From: a virus
Strand: one strand, 5' to 3'
Length of the DNA: 64,000 nt
IMG/VR virus record: IMGVR_UViG_3300028388_004019
Span: 32,001 to 96,000 of that record
In this document: one piece after another, positions 8,983 to 17,059 of the stretch
How the letters are laid out: each line of letters begins with the position of its first letter
How positions within the stretch are numbered: the stretch's first letter is position 1
The notes under the pieces: model-generated
What the model was told of the DNA's origin: nothing
Seen by the model: the letters and a program-made list of their open reading frames with translations, nothing else
The model's database searches: none
Made by a program: the position numbers and the translations under genes

Positions 8983-9016
8983 AATATACAACAAAAAAGG
9001 GACTCTCACAAGTCCC
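8983..9016 (-). repeat. 34-bp direct repeat, copy 2 (terminator hairpin fused to a promoter)
   Basis: Identical to 7455..7488. It contains the TGA stop of the dCMP deaminase gene and reads TTG-N20-TATATTTG on the minus strand. Confidence 0.9.
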
Positions 9017-9458
9017 CTTCATAAAAAATCACCTCAACACCACTTTCTTCGAACATCTGTTTTGAACGTTTGGCATGTTCGTCCCAATGTTCTCGGTTTC
9101 TTGTGGTGTCCACAGTCTTACAATAGATACGTCTGACCCCTGAACTAATTATCCCACGAGCACAATCACTACACGGTATACCACAGGTCAAATACATTGT
9201 TGTATCTCTTAGACTGACACCGATACGTGCTGCGTTATATAAAGCGTTACGTTCCGCATGTTCAAACCAAAAATACTTCTCTGGTCTTACCTGACGTTCT
9301 TCCACATCATCGTTGATACCACGAGGAAAGGAGTTATACCCAGTGGTGATAATCTCGTGGTCCTTACCCACGATGACTGCACCAATTTTTGTTCTACGGT
9401 CTTTTGACTTCTCTTTGACCTGTTCGGCAATATTCAAAAAATACTTATCCCAATTCAT
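9006..9458 (-). CDS. dCMP deaminase (cytidine/deoxycytidylate deaminase family)
   Basis: Zn motifs HAERNA and PCSDC; TGYNSFPRG. Confidence 0.93.
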   Translation of the reverse strand: MNWDKYFLNIAEQVKEKSKDRRTKIGAVIVGKDHEIITTGYNSFPRGINDDVEERQVRPEKYFWFEHAERNALYNAARIGVSLRDTTMYLTCGIPCSDCARGIISSGVRRIYCKTVDTTRNREHWDEHAKRSKQMFEESGVEVIFYEGDL

Positions 9459-9594
9459 CTTCTTCTTTTGTTTCGTACCACGAAGGATTTGGTAAACCTG
9501 AATAATGGTCCCAAGTCTCGTCTGGTAACCAGTTTACTGTTTCACCTGAGAGACGTTGTTGGTCTTCTCTATCTTTACTATTCCGTCTGCCCAT
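9445..9594 (-). CDS. possible 49-aa small protein overlapping the 3' end of sbcC
   Basis: Manually translated as MGRRNSKDREDQQRLSGETVNWLPDETWDHYSGLPNPSWYETKEEDELG*. It fills the gap between sbcC and the deaminase. Confidence 0.3.
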   Translation of the reverse strand: MGRRNSKDREDQQRLSGETVNWLPDETWDHYSGLPNPSWYETKEEDELG

Positions 9595-10643
9595 TGTGAT
9601 ACCATTGGATTATGTGTGATAATTAATATTTTCTCGAAGTAGTCTTTAATCTTATGGAAGAATTCTGCTACCATCTCCAAGTTGTCGTTGGATATCTTTC
9701 CAAATACTTCATCGAATACCACCACGTTTGGTTTTGGTAGTGAACATACTTTTGACAGTACCGCTCTAAGTGCCAAGGACGCCATCGTTCTTTCAAACCC
9801 TGAACCTGACGACATCAACTTCTCAATCTGAGTGTTGTTGTCAATCATCCAAAATTCAACCTCATCTTTCTCTGAGATACGAACCTCCAACTTAAACTCT
9901 GCCGAGTCCATAAGTAGTCGTTGTAGTTCTGAGTTGATGACTGGCATCATACTTCTCATAATCATCTTTGAGATACCCTTCTTACCGAAGAGTTCCAAAT
10001 AGATTTTGTAGATTTTTAGTTTTGCTTCTTCCTCTTTGATTTTCTCAATAAGGTCTTTGAAATCAACAATCTTCTCTTCGTATTTTTTGATGTTGGCTTG
10101 AGATGTGGTAATCTCGTAGTTGACTCCTTCTTTTTCTCTTTGAAGGTCGTCCAATCTCATATCAGCACGAAGGATGGTCTCATCAATCTTTTTGTTCTCC
10201 TCAAACTTCTCTTTGTCTTTGTTGAAACGGTCCAACTTATCTTGAGCTTGGTCTTTCTTCAACTTCAACGATTCCAATTGAATCTCAAACTTCTCTTTGA
10301 TGAGCTTGTTTCTTTCATAAAGGTCAAAAGCTTTCTTAAGGTCCACAAACGATTGTTCTTCCTTTGTCAACTTCTCAACTTCTTTCACACTTTTCTTAAC
10401 CTTCTTTTCAAGGTCTTTTGACTCTTCTTTCTTTTTGTCGGCATAGTCTGACTTGGCCAGTTCTATACCACAATACTGACAGGAGAAACCTCCTTCAAAA
10501 TCCTTTAGTTCATCGGTGATGTCCGAGATTTTGGATTCCATGGTTCCCAACTTAACTTTCTCTTCTGATAATAAGTCCTTCACGTTATCGTGCTGGTCCT
10601 CATGGTAATATTCAGAAGGTTCAACAACCTTAACCTGTTTCAA
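9534..10643 (-). CDS. sbcC: SbcC/Rad50/gp46-like ATPase, C-terminal half (zinc hook, signature motif, Walker B)
   Basis: CQYC zinc hook, coiled coil, signature motif SGSGFE, Walker B VVFDE and H-loop ITH. Begins out of frame with the N-terminal half. Confidence 0.88.
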   Translation of the reverse strand: MKQVKVVEPSEYYHEDQHDNVKDLLSEEKVKLGTMESKISDITDELKDFEGGFSCQYCGIELAKSDYADKKKEESKDLEKKVKKSVKEVEKLTKEEQSFVDLKKAFDLYERNKLIKEKFEIQLESLKLKKDQAQDKLDRFNKDKEKFEENKKIDETILRADMRLDDLQREKEGVNYEITTSQANIKKYEEKIVDFKDLIEKIKEEEAKLKIYKIYLELFGKKGISKMIMRSMMPVINSELQRLLMDSAEFKLEVRISEKDEVEFWMIDNNTQIEKLMSSGSGFERTMASLALRAVLSKVCSLPKPNVVVFDEVFGKISNDNLEMVAEFFHKIKDYFEKILIITHNPMVSQWADGIVKIEKTNNVSQVKQ

Positions 10644-11752
10644 GTCAGACTCAACACCATTGATTCCTTGATGTTATCTTCTTGACCTTTGATAAGTTCA
10701 TTGTGCTCTTCAATGTAACCCTTCAAAGATTCGATATCATAAAGGTTTGAGGTCATGCTCTTTTGAAACTTTGAGGACATTTCCTTTGCGGTATCTTCCT
10801 TAAGTTTCAATGCGTCCAATCCCAAGAACCTTGAAAGGACTTGTCCTCTCGCTGTTGGTTTGGCATCAATCAACTCTTCCAAGTTGGTTGCCGTTGTTAA
10901 GATGGTCATCAAAAAGTCATCCATTGTTCCAATGGACTTCTTAATGAAATCCTCCGTTTCTCTTCTCTGTTCACCAGTAAAGTTCAATAAGCTTCCGTCG
11001 GCAAGTTTCTTGAAGAACTCCAAAGATGTGCTAACGGTATAGTCAACTTTGTTTCTCTTCAACTTTCTGGTCACCTCTCTGACGATGATATACTCCTCAC
11101 CGTCAATAAGAACTTCACCCTTTACTGTGACCTTATCCTTGTTTCTAAATCTATTAAAGATTTCTTCTGCTTTACTCGTCTTAGTAGTTTGGTTGAAGAA
11201 AAGGAAAAGAAGGAGGTCTACTGTCAAAACGGTCTTTCCTCCAAAATTGGGGGGATTGGATTCGACCGTTGAGATTCCTTTGATTTTATCAAAGTTCAAA
11301 ATTTGTCCATCACCAAAAGATAAGAAGTTTGAAAACTCAATCTTCTTAATATACCACTTCTTAAATGGGGTGACCTCTGCCTTCTCAGACGCAATAGCGT
11401 TCTCAACAGCATCATCCAAATTAAGAATGTCGTCGGCATATTCCTTCAACTTATTGTTGTCCAAATACTTAACGATGAGTTCCTTTTGGTAGTTCTCATC
11501 CAAAATGTTCACAGACACATCAATGGACTGTAAATCACCTTCATCAGTTTTGACTTTGGTAACCACATTCACATTGGTCGATGAATACTTCTTCTGAAAG
11601 TACGTCCTTACCCTTTTGATTCTTTCTTGTGTGAAGTTTTCGGGGGTGTCTTCCCACACTACTTGAATGTAAGGGTTGGTCAACTCATCAGTTTTTAATT
11701 TGTGAGACATAAAGTTGTAGTTTAGTTCTTTCGGTGGATTGAACAAATCCAT
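10640..11752 (-). CDS. sbcC: SbcC/Rad50/gp46-like ATPase, N-terminal half
   Basis: IKKIEFSNFLSFG, Walker A-like NFGGKT, and the start of the coiled coil. Ends abruptly at a -1 frame change. Confidence 0.88.
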   Translation of the reverse strand: MDLFNPPKELNYNFMSHKLKTDELTNPYIQVVWEDTPENFTQERIKRVRTYFQKKYSSTNVNVVTKVKTDEGDLQSIDVSVNILDENYQKELIVKYLDNNKLKEYADDILNLDDAVENAIASEKAEVTPFKKWYIKKIEFSNFLSFGDGQILNFDKIKGISTVESNPPNFGGKTVLTVDLLLFLFFNQTTKTSKAEEIFNRFRNKDKVTVKGEVLIDGEEYIIVREVTRKLKRNKVDYTVSTSLEFFKKLADGSLLNFTGEQRRETEDFIKKSIGTMDDFLMTILTTATNLEELIDAKPTARGQVLSRFLGLDALKLKEDTAKEMSSKFQKSMTSNLYDIESLKGYIEEHNELIKGQEDNIKESMVLSLT

Positions 11753-11753
11753 T

Positions 11754-11996
11754 TTATAGTTTGATATCCAAAGGTGTGTTTTCGTCTGCGTTTGGTAACT
11801 CTACGTCACCCATACTAATTTGAGGACCTGTTTGTTGTGTTTCCTCTTGCTCACCTCTTAATTGCTCCAACTGAGCAGTCATCTGCTCTTGCCATAGTTT
11901 TTGCATTTGGTTCATTTCACCTTTTAGACGAGCATTTCTCGCCTGAACTCTTTTACGGTGTGCCTTGGCTCCACCTCTTTTTTTTGTTCTACCCAT
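11754..11996 (-). CDS. hypothetical basic protein
   Basis: 80-aa ORF coupled to its neighbours. Confidence 0.7.
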   Translation of the reverse strand: MGRTKKRGGAKAHRKRVQARNARLKGEMNQMQKLWQEQMTAQLEQLRGEQEETQQTGPQISMGDVELPNADENTPLDIKL

Positions 11997-12186
11997 TGTT
12001 TTTTTTGTTTTCTAAGTAATCTATTATAAAACCGATAGCCACAAGTATATGCATTCCAAATGACATAATCAACTCGTGGATATCATCATATACGTTCAAA
12101 CTCAAATGAACGTGACCCACAACCCAAAATGGTATTGCAAGGTTTTGACTAATCCATACCGTAGTATATTTTAAGAAATGTTTCAT
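11989..12186 (-). CDS. small membrane protein (65 aa)
   Basis: ATG at 12186 (MKHFLKYTT...) follows the upstream stop; two hydrophobic segments. The track's longer version overlaps another gene. Confidence 0.65.
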   Translation of the reverse strand: MKHFLKYTTVWISQNLAIPFWVVGHVHLSLNVYDDIHELIMSFGMHILVAIGFIIDYLENKKNNG

Positions 12187-12187
12187 C

Positions 12188-12520
12188 TTATTTCTCGAAA
12201 TGTTCAACAATCGTGTTGATGGCCCATACACCACCTGATGCCAACATCCCATCGAAGAATATTGCCGGTACTGTTGGTATTCCCATCTCGATACCCCAAA
12301 TGGAGTAGATAAATGCACCCATGAAAAATCCTACCCATGTTGAACAACACATCATACAGGAAATGATTCCGTGAATGAAATTGAACAACGGTCCGAGGAC
12401 TGGAATACGTGAGTTACCCAATTTTTCAATGGACAAACGTGTTGATTGGAATATGGAACCATACACAATAATCTGTGTCATTCCGTAAGCGGCGATTAAC
12501 CATAATAATAATATCATCAT
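12188..12520 (-). CDS. DUF1360-like membrane protein
   Basis: Hydrophobic protein with the CxxC...W motif (ISCMMCCSTWVG). Confidence 0.6.
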   Translation of the reverse strand: MMILLLWLIAAYGMTQIIVYGSIFQSTRLSIEKLGNSRIPVLGPLFNFIHGIISCMMCCSTWVGFFMGAFIYSIWGIEMGIPTVPAIFFDGMLASGGVWAINTIVEHFEK

Positions 12521-13401
12521 AATTCTTTATTTAAGTTTGTTGATGCCAAATATGTGGCAGTTTGTTTTTTGAATTCCTTATCCAATTCTAACATAATTTC
12601 TTCATATTGTGAAATGGATTTATCTTTTTCTCTAATTTCTTCTTTTAACTTCTGAATGGTGTTTTGTAATCCTTTGAGTTTTTCAGGGTCAGCATTTCCT
12701 TTGACTTCCTTAATAACCTCAACCTCTTTGATTACCTCCACTGGTACTTCTTTGATAATTTCGACCTCTTTGGTGACCTCGATTTCCTTAACAACCTCTT
12801 TAGGTTTCTCCTCCAAAAGAACTTCCAACTCAGATAGTTGCCTCTCCAATTTTTTCTTTTCAGCATTTGCATTCTTCAGTTTTGTACTATATGTTTTGTT
12901 TGACCTCTCCAACTTGGTAAGTTTCCCTCCGAGTTCCTTTACCTGCTCATCATCGGTGATATAAACCTCTTTGGTGACCACCTTCTCAACTGGTTTCTCC
13001 ACCTCGACAATCTTCTCTACTTCTTTGATTACCTCTACAGGTTTTTCAACCTCAACGATTACCTCTTTCTCAATAACCTTTTCAACAATCTTTTCAACGG
13101 GGACCTCCTTGGTGATGACCCTCTCGACCTCTTTAATGACTTCTACGGGGACTTCTTTCTCCACAACCTTCTCCACCACCTTTTCAACTGGAACCTCAAC
13201 ACGGACCTCCTTAATCACCTCTTTCTCGATGACCTTCACCCCATCAGCATTTAATAATCCATATTTTTCAATCTGATACCCTTGAGCGAAGCATTCTTTG
13301 ATGAACTCATTGATGTCGAGTTCATTCAACTTACAGAACACTTTAAGGTCCTTAAGTTCTGAAGATGAAAAGTTAATAGTTGGTGAGTTGTTCTGTGCCA
13401 T
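12517..13401 (-). CDS. coiled-coil protein with V/I/E/K-rich (EVIKEV/VEKP) repeats
   Basis: Two low-complexity tracts of xVEKVV/EVIKEV repeats flank coiled-coil segments. Confidence 0.75.
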   Translation of the reverse strand: MAQNNSPTINFSSSELKDLKVFCKLNELDINEFIKECFAQGYQIEKYGLLNADGVKVIEKEVIKEVRVEVPVEKVVEKVVEKEVPVEVIKEVERVITKEVPVEKIVEKVIEKEVIVEVEKPVEVIKEVEKIVEVEKPVEKVVTKEVYITDDEQVKELGGKLTKLERSNKTYSTKLKNANAEKKKLERQLSELEVLLEEKPKEVVKEIEVTKEVEIIKEVPVEVIKEVEVIKEVKGNADPEKLKGLQNTIQKLKEEIREKDKSISQYEEIMLELDKEFKKQTATYLASTNLNKEL

Positions 13402-14155
13402 GTTCTAAGTCTTCAATGTCGGTGATTTTGAAACTCAAGAATGGTCTTGGGTTTGATAAATCCACAAAGGAATATTTGTCCTTCTCTATATTATAAATAC
13501 CGAAACCATGCTTGGTCACACTCTCCCCAAAGTTTTGTTGAATGGTGGAACCCACCATATAGGCTTTCTTATCATCAGGGATATTAATCACCTGACGTTT
13601 GTGGATATCACCACATAATACCACATCCAATCCTCTGAAGTTCTCCAACTCATACGCATGGTCACCAAAATCAAAACCAGTGTCAGTTGTCAATCCCTGA
13701 ATAGGGTCATGAAATAACCCAATCTTAAATCCTTCAGCCTCACTAATATCAGGTTTGATATTCCCCTGAAACTGTGAATATACACACCAACTGACATTCT
13801 CATCTTCATAAACTCCTCTGTCTCTGTAATATACAATCTCAGGGTTCTTTAATGAATCAATGATAGGTGTCAACGCATCCAAACGATTAAGGTTATTGTT
13901 AAGGAAGTCGTGATTACCAGGGATAAGGACCGTCTTTGCAATTTTGGTACACTCTGTCAATGTCCATGCAACAATCTCAATAAGTTCAGGCGTCATCTGA
14001 TTCTTACTATGAACCAAATCACCAGTGAACACAATACGGTCAGGACCAATCTCCTTAAACTTCTCCAACATATCTGTTAGAATCTGTCTATATAAGTCGT
14101 GGTCCTTGAATAATCTTAAATGTAAATCTGAAAAGTGTACTAAGGTATTAATCAT
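13373..14155 (-). CDS. sbcD: SbcD/Mre11/gp47-like metallophosphoesterase nuclease
   Basis: Motifs SDLH, GDLVH, GNHD, H and GDIH are present in order. Confidence 0.9.
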   Translation of the reverse strand: MINTLVHFSDLHLRLFKDHDLYRQILTDMLEKFKEIGPDRIVFTGDLVHSKNQMTPELIEIVAWTLTECTKIAKTVLIPGNHDFLNNNLNRLDALTPIIDSLKNPEIVYYRDRGVYEDENVSWCVYSQFQGNIKPDISEAEGFKIGLFHDPIQGLTTDTGFDFGDHAYELENFRGLDVVLCGDIHKRQVINIPDDKKAYMVGSTIQQNFGESVTKHGFGIYNIEKDKYSFVDLSNPRPFLSFKITDIEDLEHGTEQLTNY

Positions 14156-14496
14156 CGGATTGATTTGAATTTACCGTGAATATAATAGTTGAATTGTTCC
14201 CATTTATTGAGTTCGGAACCCCATAACTTTCGGTCACTCATATCGATACACCAATCATCCCATTTTTCAAATAGGTAAAGGATATCAATTGTAAGTTCAC
14301 CAGAATGTGTGACCGTTGGGAATGACCACGTGATTTCAAATAGTGAACCCTCCCAATGAATACCATTATGAATATTCAAGAATTGGAAACCAAACTTATC
14401 ATGGTCACCACCCAAATACACATTGAATAATCCTATCTTAAGATTCCATCGGTGGGTCTTCCACGCTATCTTCTGAAGTAGTTTTCTTATTTTCAT
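14152..14496 (-). CDS. hypothetical protein
   Basis: Probable ATG at 14496 (MKIRKLLQK...); ATGA-type overlap with sbcD. Confidence 0.6.
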   Translation of the reverse strand: MKIRKLLQKIAWKTHRWNLKIGLFNVYLGGDHDKFGFQFLNIHNGIHWEGSLFEITWSFPTVTHSGELTIDILYLFEKWDDWCIDMSDRKLWGSELNKWEQFNYYIHGKFKSIR

Positions 14497-14561
14497 TTTC
14501 TTCTGTTTTACTATTCCACATTTCGTCCCAAAAGTAGAACGTTTCTTTCTTATTGTTAAAA

Positions 14562-14786
14562 TCACTCATCTCCGAGAATATCAAATTCTTCGTTCATGTG
14601 TCCACACTTTGCACACACATAAGTTTCCATAGGTACCAGTTGGTCCTCAGGAGACCCAGTTAACAATTTACTAATTTTTTTTATAATTGTCACCTTTTCA
14701 AAGAAAATATTTTCACATTCCTCACATTTCACATTCGGCGAGTCCATTACGTTCACCTGAATCTTCTTTCCTCCACTTAAATCCAT
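14562..14786 (-). CDS. small zinc-ribbon protein
   Basis: CEEC...CAKC pairs in 74 aa. Confidence 0.7.
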   Translation of the reverse strand: MDLSGGKKIQVNVMDSPNVKCEECENIFFEKVTIIKKISKLLTGSPEDQLVPMETYVCAKCGHMNEEFDILGDE

Positions 14787-14799
14787 TTTTAATTGGCAA

Positions 14800-15429
14800 T
14801 TATCTTTTTAATTGGCAGAACGATACAATGATGTACCTCTGACCTGTTAATACGGGTAAACCCCCGTGGCGGTGTGTTATCTGACCAGGGTGAATGGATA
14901 TATTCCCCTTCAACCCTTTTAATGATGTCTGTTGATTTGGGAAGTAGGTACCTCCACCAGTAAAGTCCTCAGTATTTAATGTTACCACAACAGTAATCTG
15001 ACTCATATCGTGGTGTAACCCCAAATGGTATTGAGCATAAGGATGATAACGAGCAATAAAGTTTTCCGAATGTAGATTTAACCAATCAGGTTCTTCTAAT
15101 TTATAAAGATATGTCGCCATCGGCCAAACATATTCTTTCAATACCGCTTCATAGGTTTCGTGTAAACCCAAAGTCTCCATCACCATATCTGTCGTTGGAT
15201 AACTCTCATGTCGGTCCACAGTCCAACAATTACATGCCTCAGCTTCTTGAATGATATAGTCACAAAATAAATCAGTGAAACAAGGAATGGTATATATATT
15301 CGGCAATTCCTCTTGAGCATATAGGTCCCATTTGAAACTCGTAACCTCAGGACGTAAAAACTTTTCCCTCCAACCTTCAGGGTCGCTAAAATAGGTATAT
15401 AATTCTGGATGTACTCTACTCTCTCCCAT
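14800..15429 (-). CDS. 2OG-Fe(II) dioxygenase resembling the PLOD/lysyl-hydroxylase catalytic domain
   Basis: FIARY...LGLHHDMSQITVVVTLN..DFTGGGTYF...HPGQITHRHGGLPVLTGQRYIIVSF supplies HxD...H...R and closely parallels the PLOD C-terminal domain. Confidence 0.85.
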   Translation of the reverse strand: MGESRVHPELYTYFSDPEGWREKFLRPEVTSFKWDLYAQEELPNIYTIPCFTDLFCDYIIQEAEACNCWTVDRHESYPTTDMVMETLGLHETYEAVLKEYVWPMATYLYKLEEPDWLNLHSENFIARYHPYAQYHLGLHHDMSQITVVVTLNTEDFTGGGTYFPNQQTSLKGLKGNISIHPGQITHRHGGLPVLTGQRYIIVSFCQLKR

Positions 15430-15580
15430 ATTCTTCTCCCGATTCTCTAGCTAGTTTAACACCATACCCGATTAACACCCCACCAATAAATGATGTCCAT
15501 AACCACGGGTACGAAGTCATGAATATCCCCAACATGGTGAAGATGATTGCGTGTCCGTATTTACTTACCTTTATCTTCAT
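15416..15580 (-). CDS. small membrane protein (54 aa), missed by the track
   Basis: MKIKVSKYGHAIIFTMLGIFMTSYPWLWTSFIGGVLIGYGVKLARESGEEYGRE* fills the gap between the two dioxygenase genes and overlaps both. Confidence 0.6.
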   Translation of the reverse strand: MKIKVSKYGHAIIFTMLGIFMTSYPWLWTSFIGGVLIGYGVKLARESGEEYGRE

Positions 15581-16172
15581 TGCTATAATTAATCATATAT
15601 TTTACCTCACCCTTTTGAACCATCTTAACACCATATCTATGGGTAATCTGTCCTGGGAAGATGTACATATGTCCTTGTTTTGGCTTGATTGAGCATTTAT
15701 ACTTTTCAAAGTAAATTTCACCACCATTATCTTCGTTTTTATCAAACTTAATCAACTTGGTAATATTAACAAAATCATGGTGTAAACGTATGTCATCCCC
15801 TTCTTCCAAAGTGATTAACTCACTATCAACATCCATTTGCCTGAATCCTCTACCCGCAACACCCCAATAATGGTTCATCATCTCGAACCCATACTCTTCG
15901 ATAACATCATAATAGTCTTGATAAAAAGGGTGACCATTAAATGTATAGGTTTTAAGTCTTGACCCCCACTTATTACTAACCATAAGTTCTTCATCTTTGG
16001 TATTCTCCAAAAATTTATCACAAAACTCTTGTGTGAAAAAAGGAATTTCTAAAACATCTGTACAGGGATTGGTAATCATAAGGTCCCATTCCTTGGATAT
16101 TGCCTCTTTTCTCATACAGAGTTTTTTCCATCCATTTACATCCGAAAAATCAAAAATCTCAGGGTATTTCAT
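15561..16172 (-). CDS. second PLOD-like 2OG-Fe(II) dioxygenase (divergent paralogue)
   Basis: LEIPFFTQEFCD, IRLHHDF, GGEIYF and FPGQITHRYG follow the same layout as 14800..15429. Confidence 0.8.
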   Translation of the reverse strand: MKYPEIFDFSDVNGWKKLCMRKEAISKEWDLMITNPCTDVLEIPFFTQEFCDKFLENTKDEELMVSNKWGSRLKTYTFNGHPFYQDYYDVIEEYGFEMMNHYWGVAGRGFRQMDVDSELITLEEGDDIRLHHDFVNITKLIKFDKNEDNGGEIYFEKYKCSIKPKQGHMYIFPGQITHRYGVKMVQKGEVKYMINYSNEDKGK

Positions 16173-16198
16173 AACAGATTAAAAATAATACATTCTTA

Positions 16199-17056
16199 TT
16201 ATTTATCAAGATATTCACTCATATCCATTTCCATAACTCTTTCAATCACAGACTTTGGAACTCTAAACTCTCTATAATCAGATTCTTTGGTAACCAACAC
16301 CACTATACATCCCATCAACTTAAGGTCTTCATATTTGGTTCCCTCTAACATCTTCATTAAAAGTTTACCGTAGAAAGGTAACTGTAAGTAATAGTGACCC
16401 AGCGAGTTATCAGGCAAATCTTGGAATGGTTCCTTCATTGGTGTGGTCCACTTATTTGTTTCAAAGTTTTTAGGTTTATTGGTCTTCCAATCCGTGATTA
16501 CCATACCGAAACCCGTCTTTTCTTTATTCATCACCAACCAAACCTTATCAGGTTGACCAGTGTAGCCTAAATCAGGATGTCCCAACACCATCTCCGTATC
16601 TAATAATACCGCATCTCTCTCTTCCATTAACCTGATAAACTTTTCACCAGCGTTAATCATTGAGTTAGACTTCATCTCTTGTTCCAAATCGACCTCAAAG
16701 ATTGGTTCACGAACATCTTTGTAGTCACCATTTTGTTCAATGATTTTCTTTTCCAAAATATAGTGAACACGTGACCCCATGTTGGTTGCATAGCTACCAG
16801 CAGCAGACCACTCGTCCAACAGACGTTGCATCTCCACTCGGTCTCCCTTCGCCTTCTTATAAGCAATTTCCTCAGCAGGAAACGGTTCATAAAACAACTT
16901 CAACAACTTTGATACTGACGGCCAGTCTTTACGAGTCTCACCTTTGTGGTCCCTCATAAAGTAGGTGTGGGTATCTTCAATAAAGCTGAGGTTTAATTCT
17001 TTTTTTCTCTCTTCTACTATTTCTCTGATTTCCTCAGCAATCTTCTTTAATTCCAT
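16199..17056 (-). CDS. PD-(D/E)xK (Cas4/RecB-like) exonuclease
   Basis: GSRVH, E, GQPD, DWKTNK and YYLQLPFYG motifs. Confidence 0.85.
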   Translation of the reverse strand: MELKKIAEEIREIVEERKKELNLSFIEDTHTYFMRDHKGETRKDWPSVSKLLKLFYEPFPAEEIAYKKAKGDRVEMQRLLDEWSAAGSYATNMGSRVHYILEKKIIEQNGDYKDVREPIFEVDLEQEMKSNSMINAGEKFIRLMEERDAVLLDTEMVLGHPDLGYTGQPDKVWLVMNKEKTGFGMVITDWKTNKPKNFETNKWTTPMKEPFQDLPDNSLGHYYLQLPFYGKLLMKMLEGTKYEDLKLMGCIVVLVTKESDYREFRVPKSVIERVMEMDMSEYLDK

Positions 17057-17059
17057 ATT

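Noticed and set aside
12187-12318. N-terminal extension of ORF 11989..12318 in the track
   Set aside because: It overlaps the DUF1360-like gene in another frame; the ATG at 12186 directly after that gene's stop is a better start.
14438-14569. 43-aa ORF MSDFNNKKETFYFWDEMW...
   Set aside because: Plausible, but it overlaps the next gene by about 58 nt and has no recognisable motif, so the support was too weak to list.
16199-17056. Cas4-like nuclease as evidence of a CRISPR-Cas system
   Set aside because: No array or other cas genes are in the window; stand-alone PD-(D/E)xK exonucleases are common in phage replication modules.
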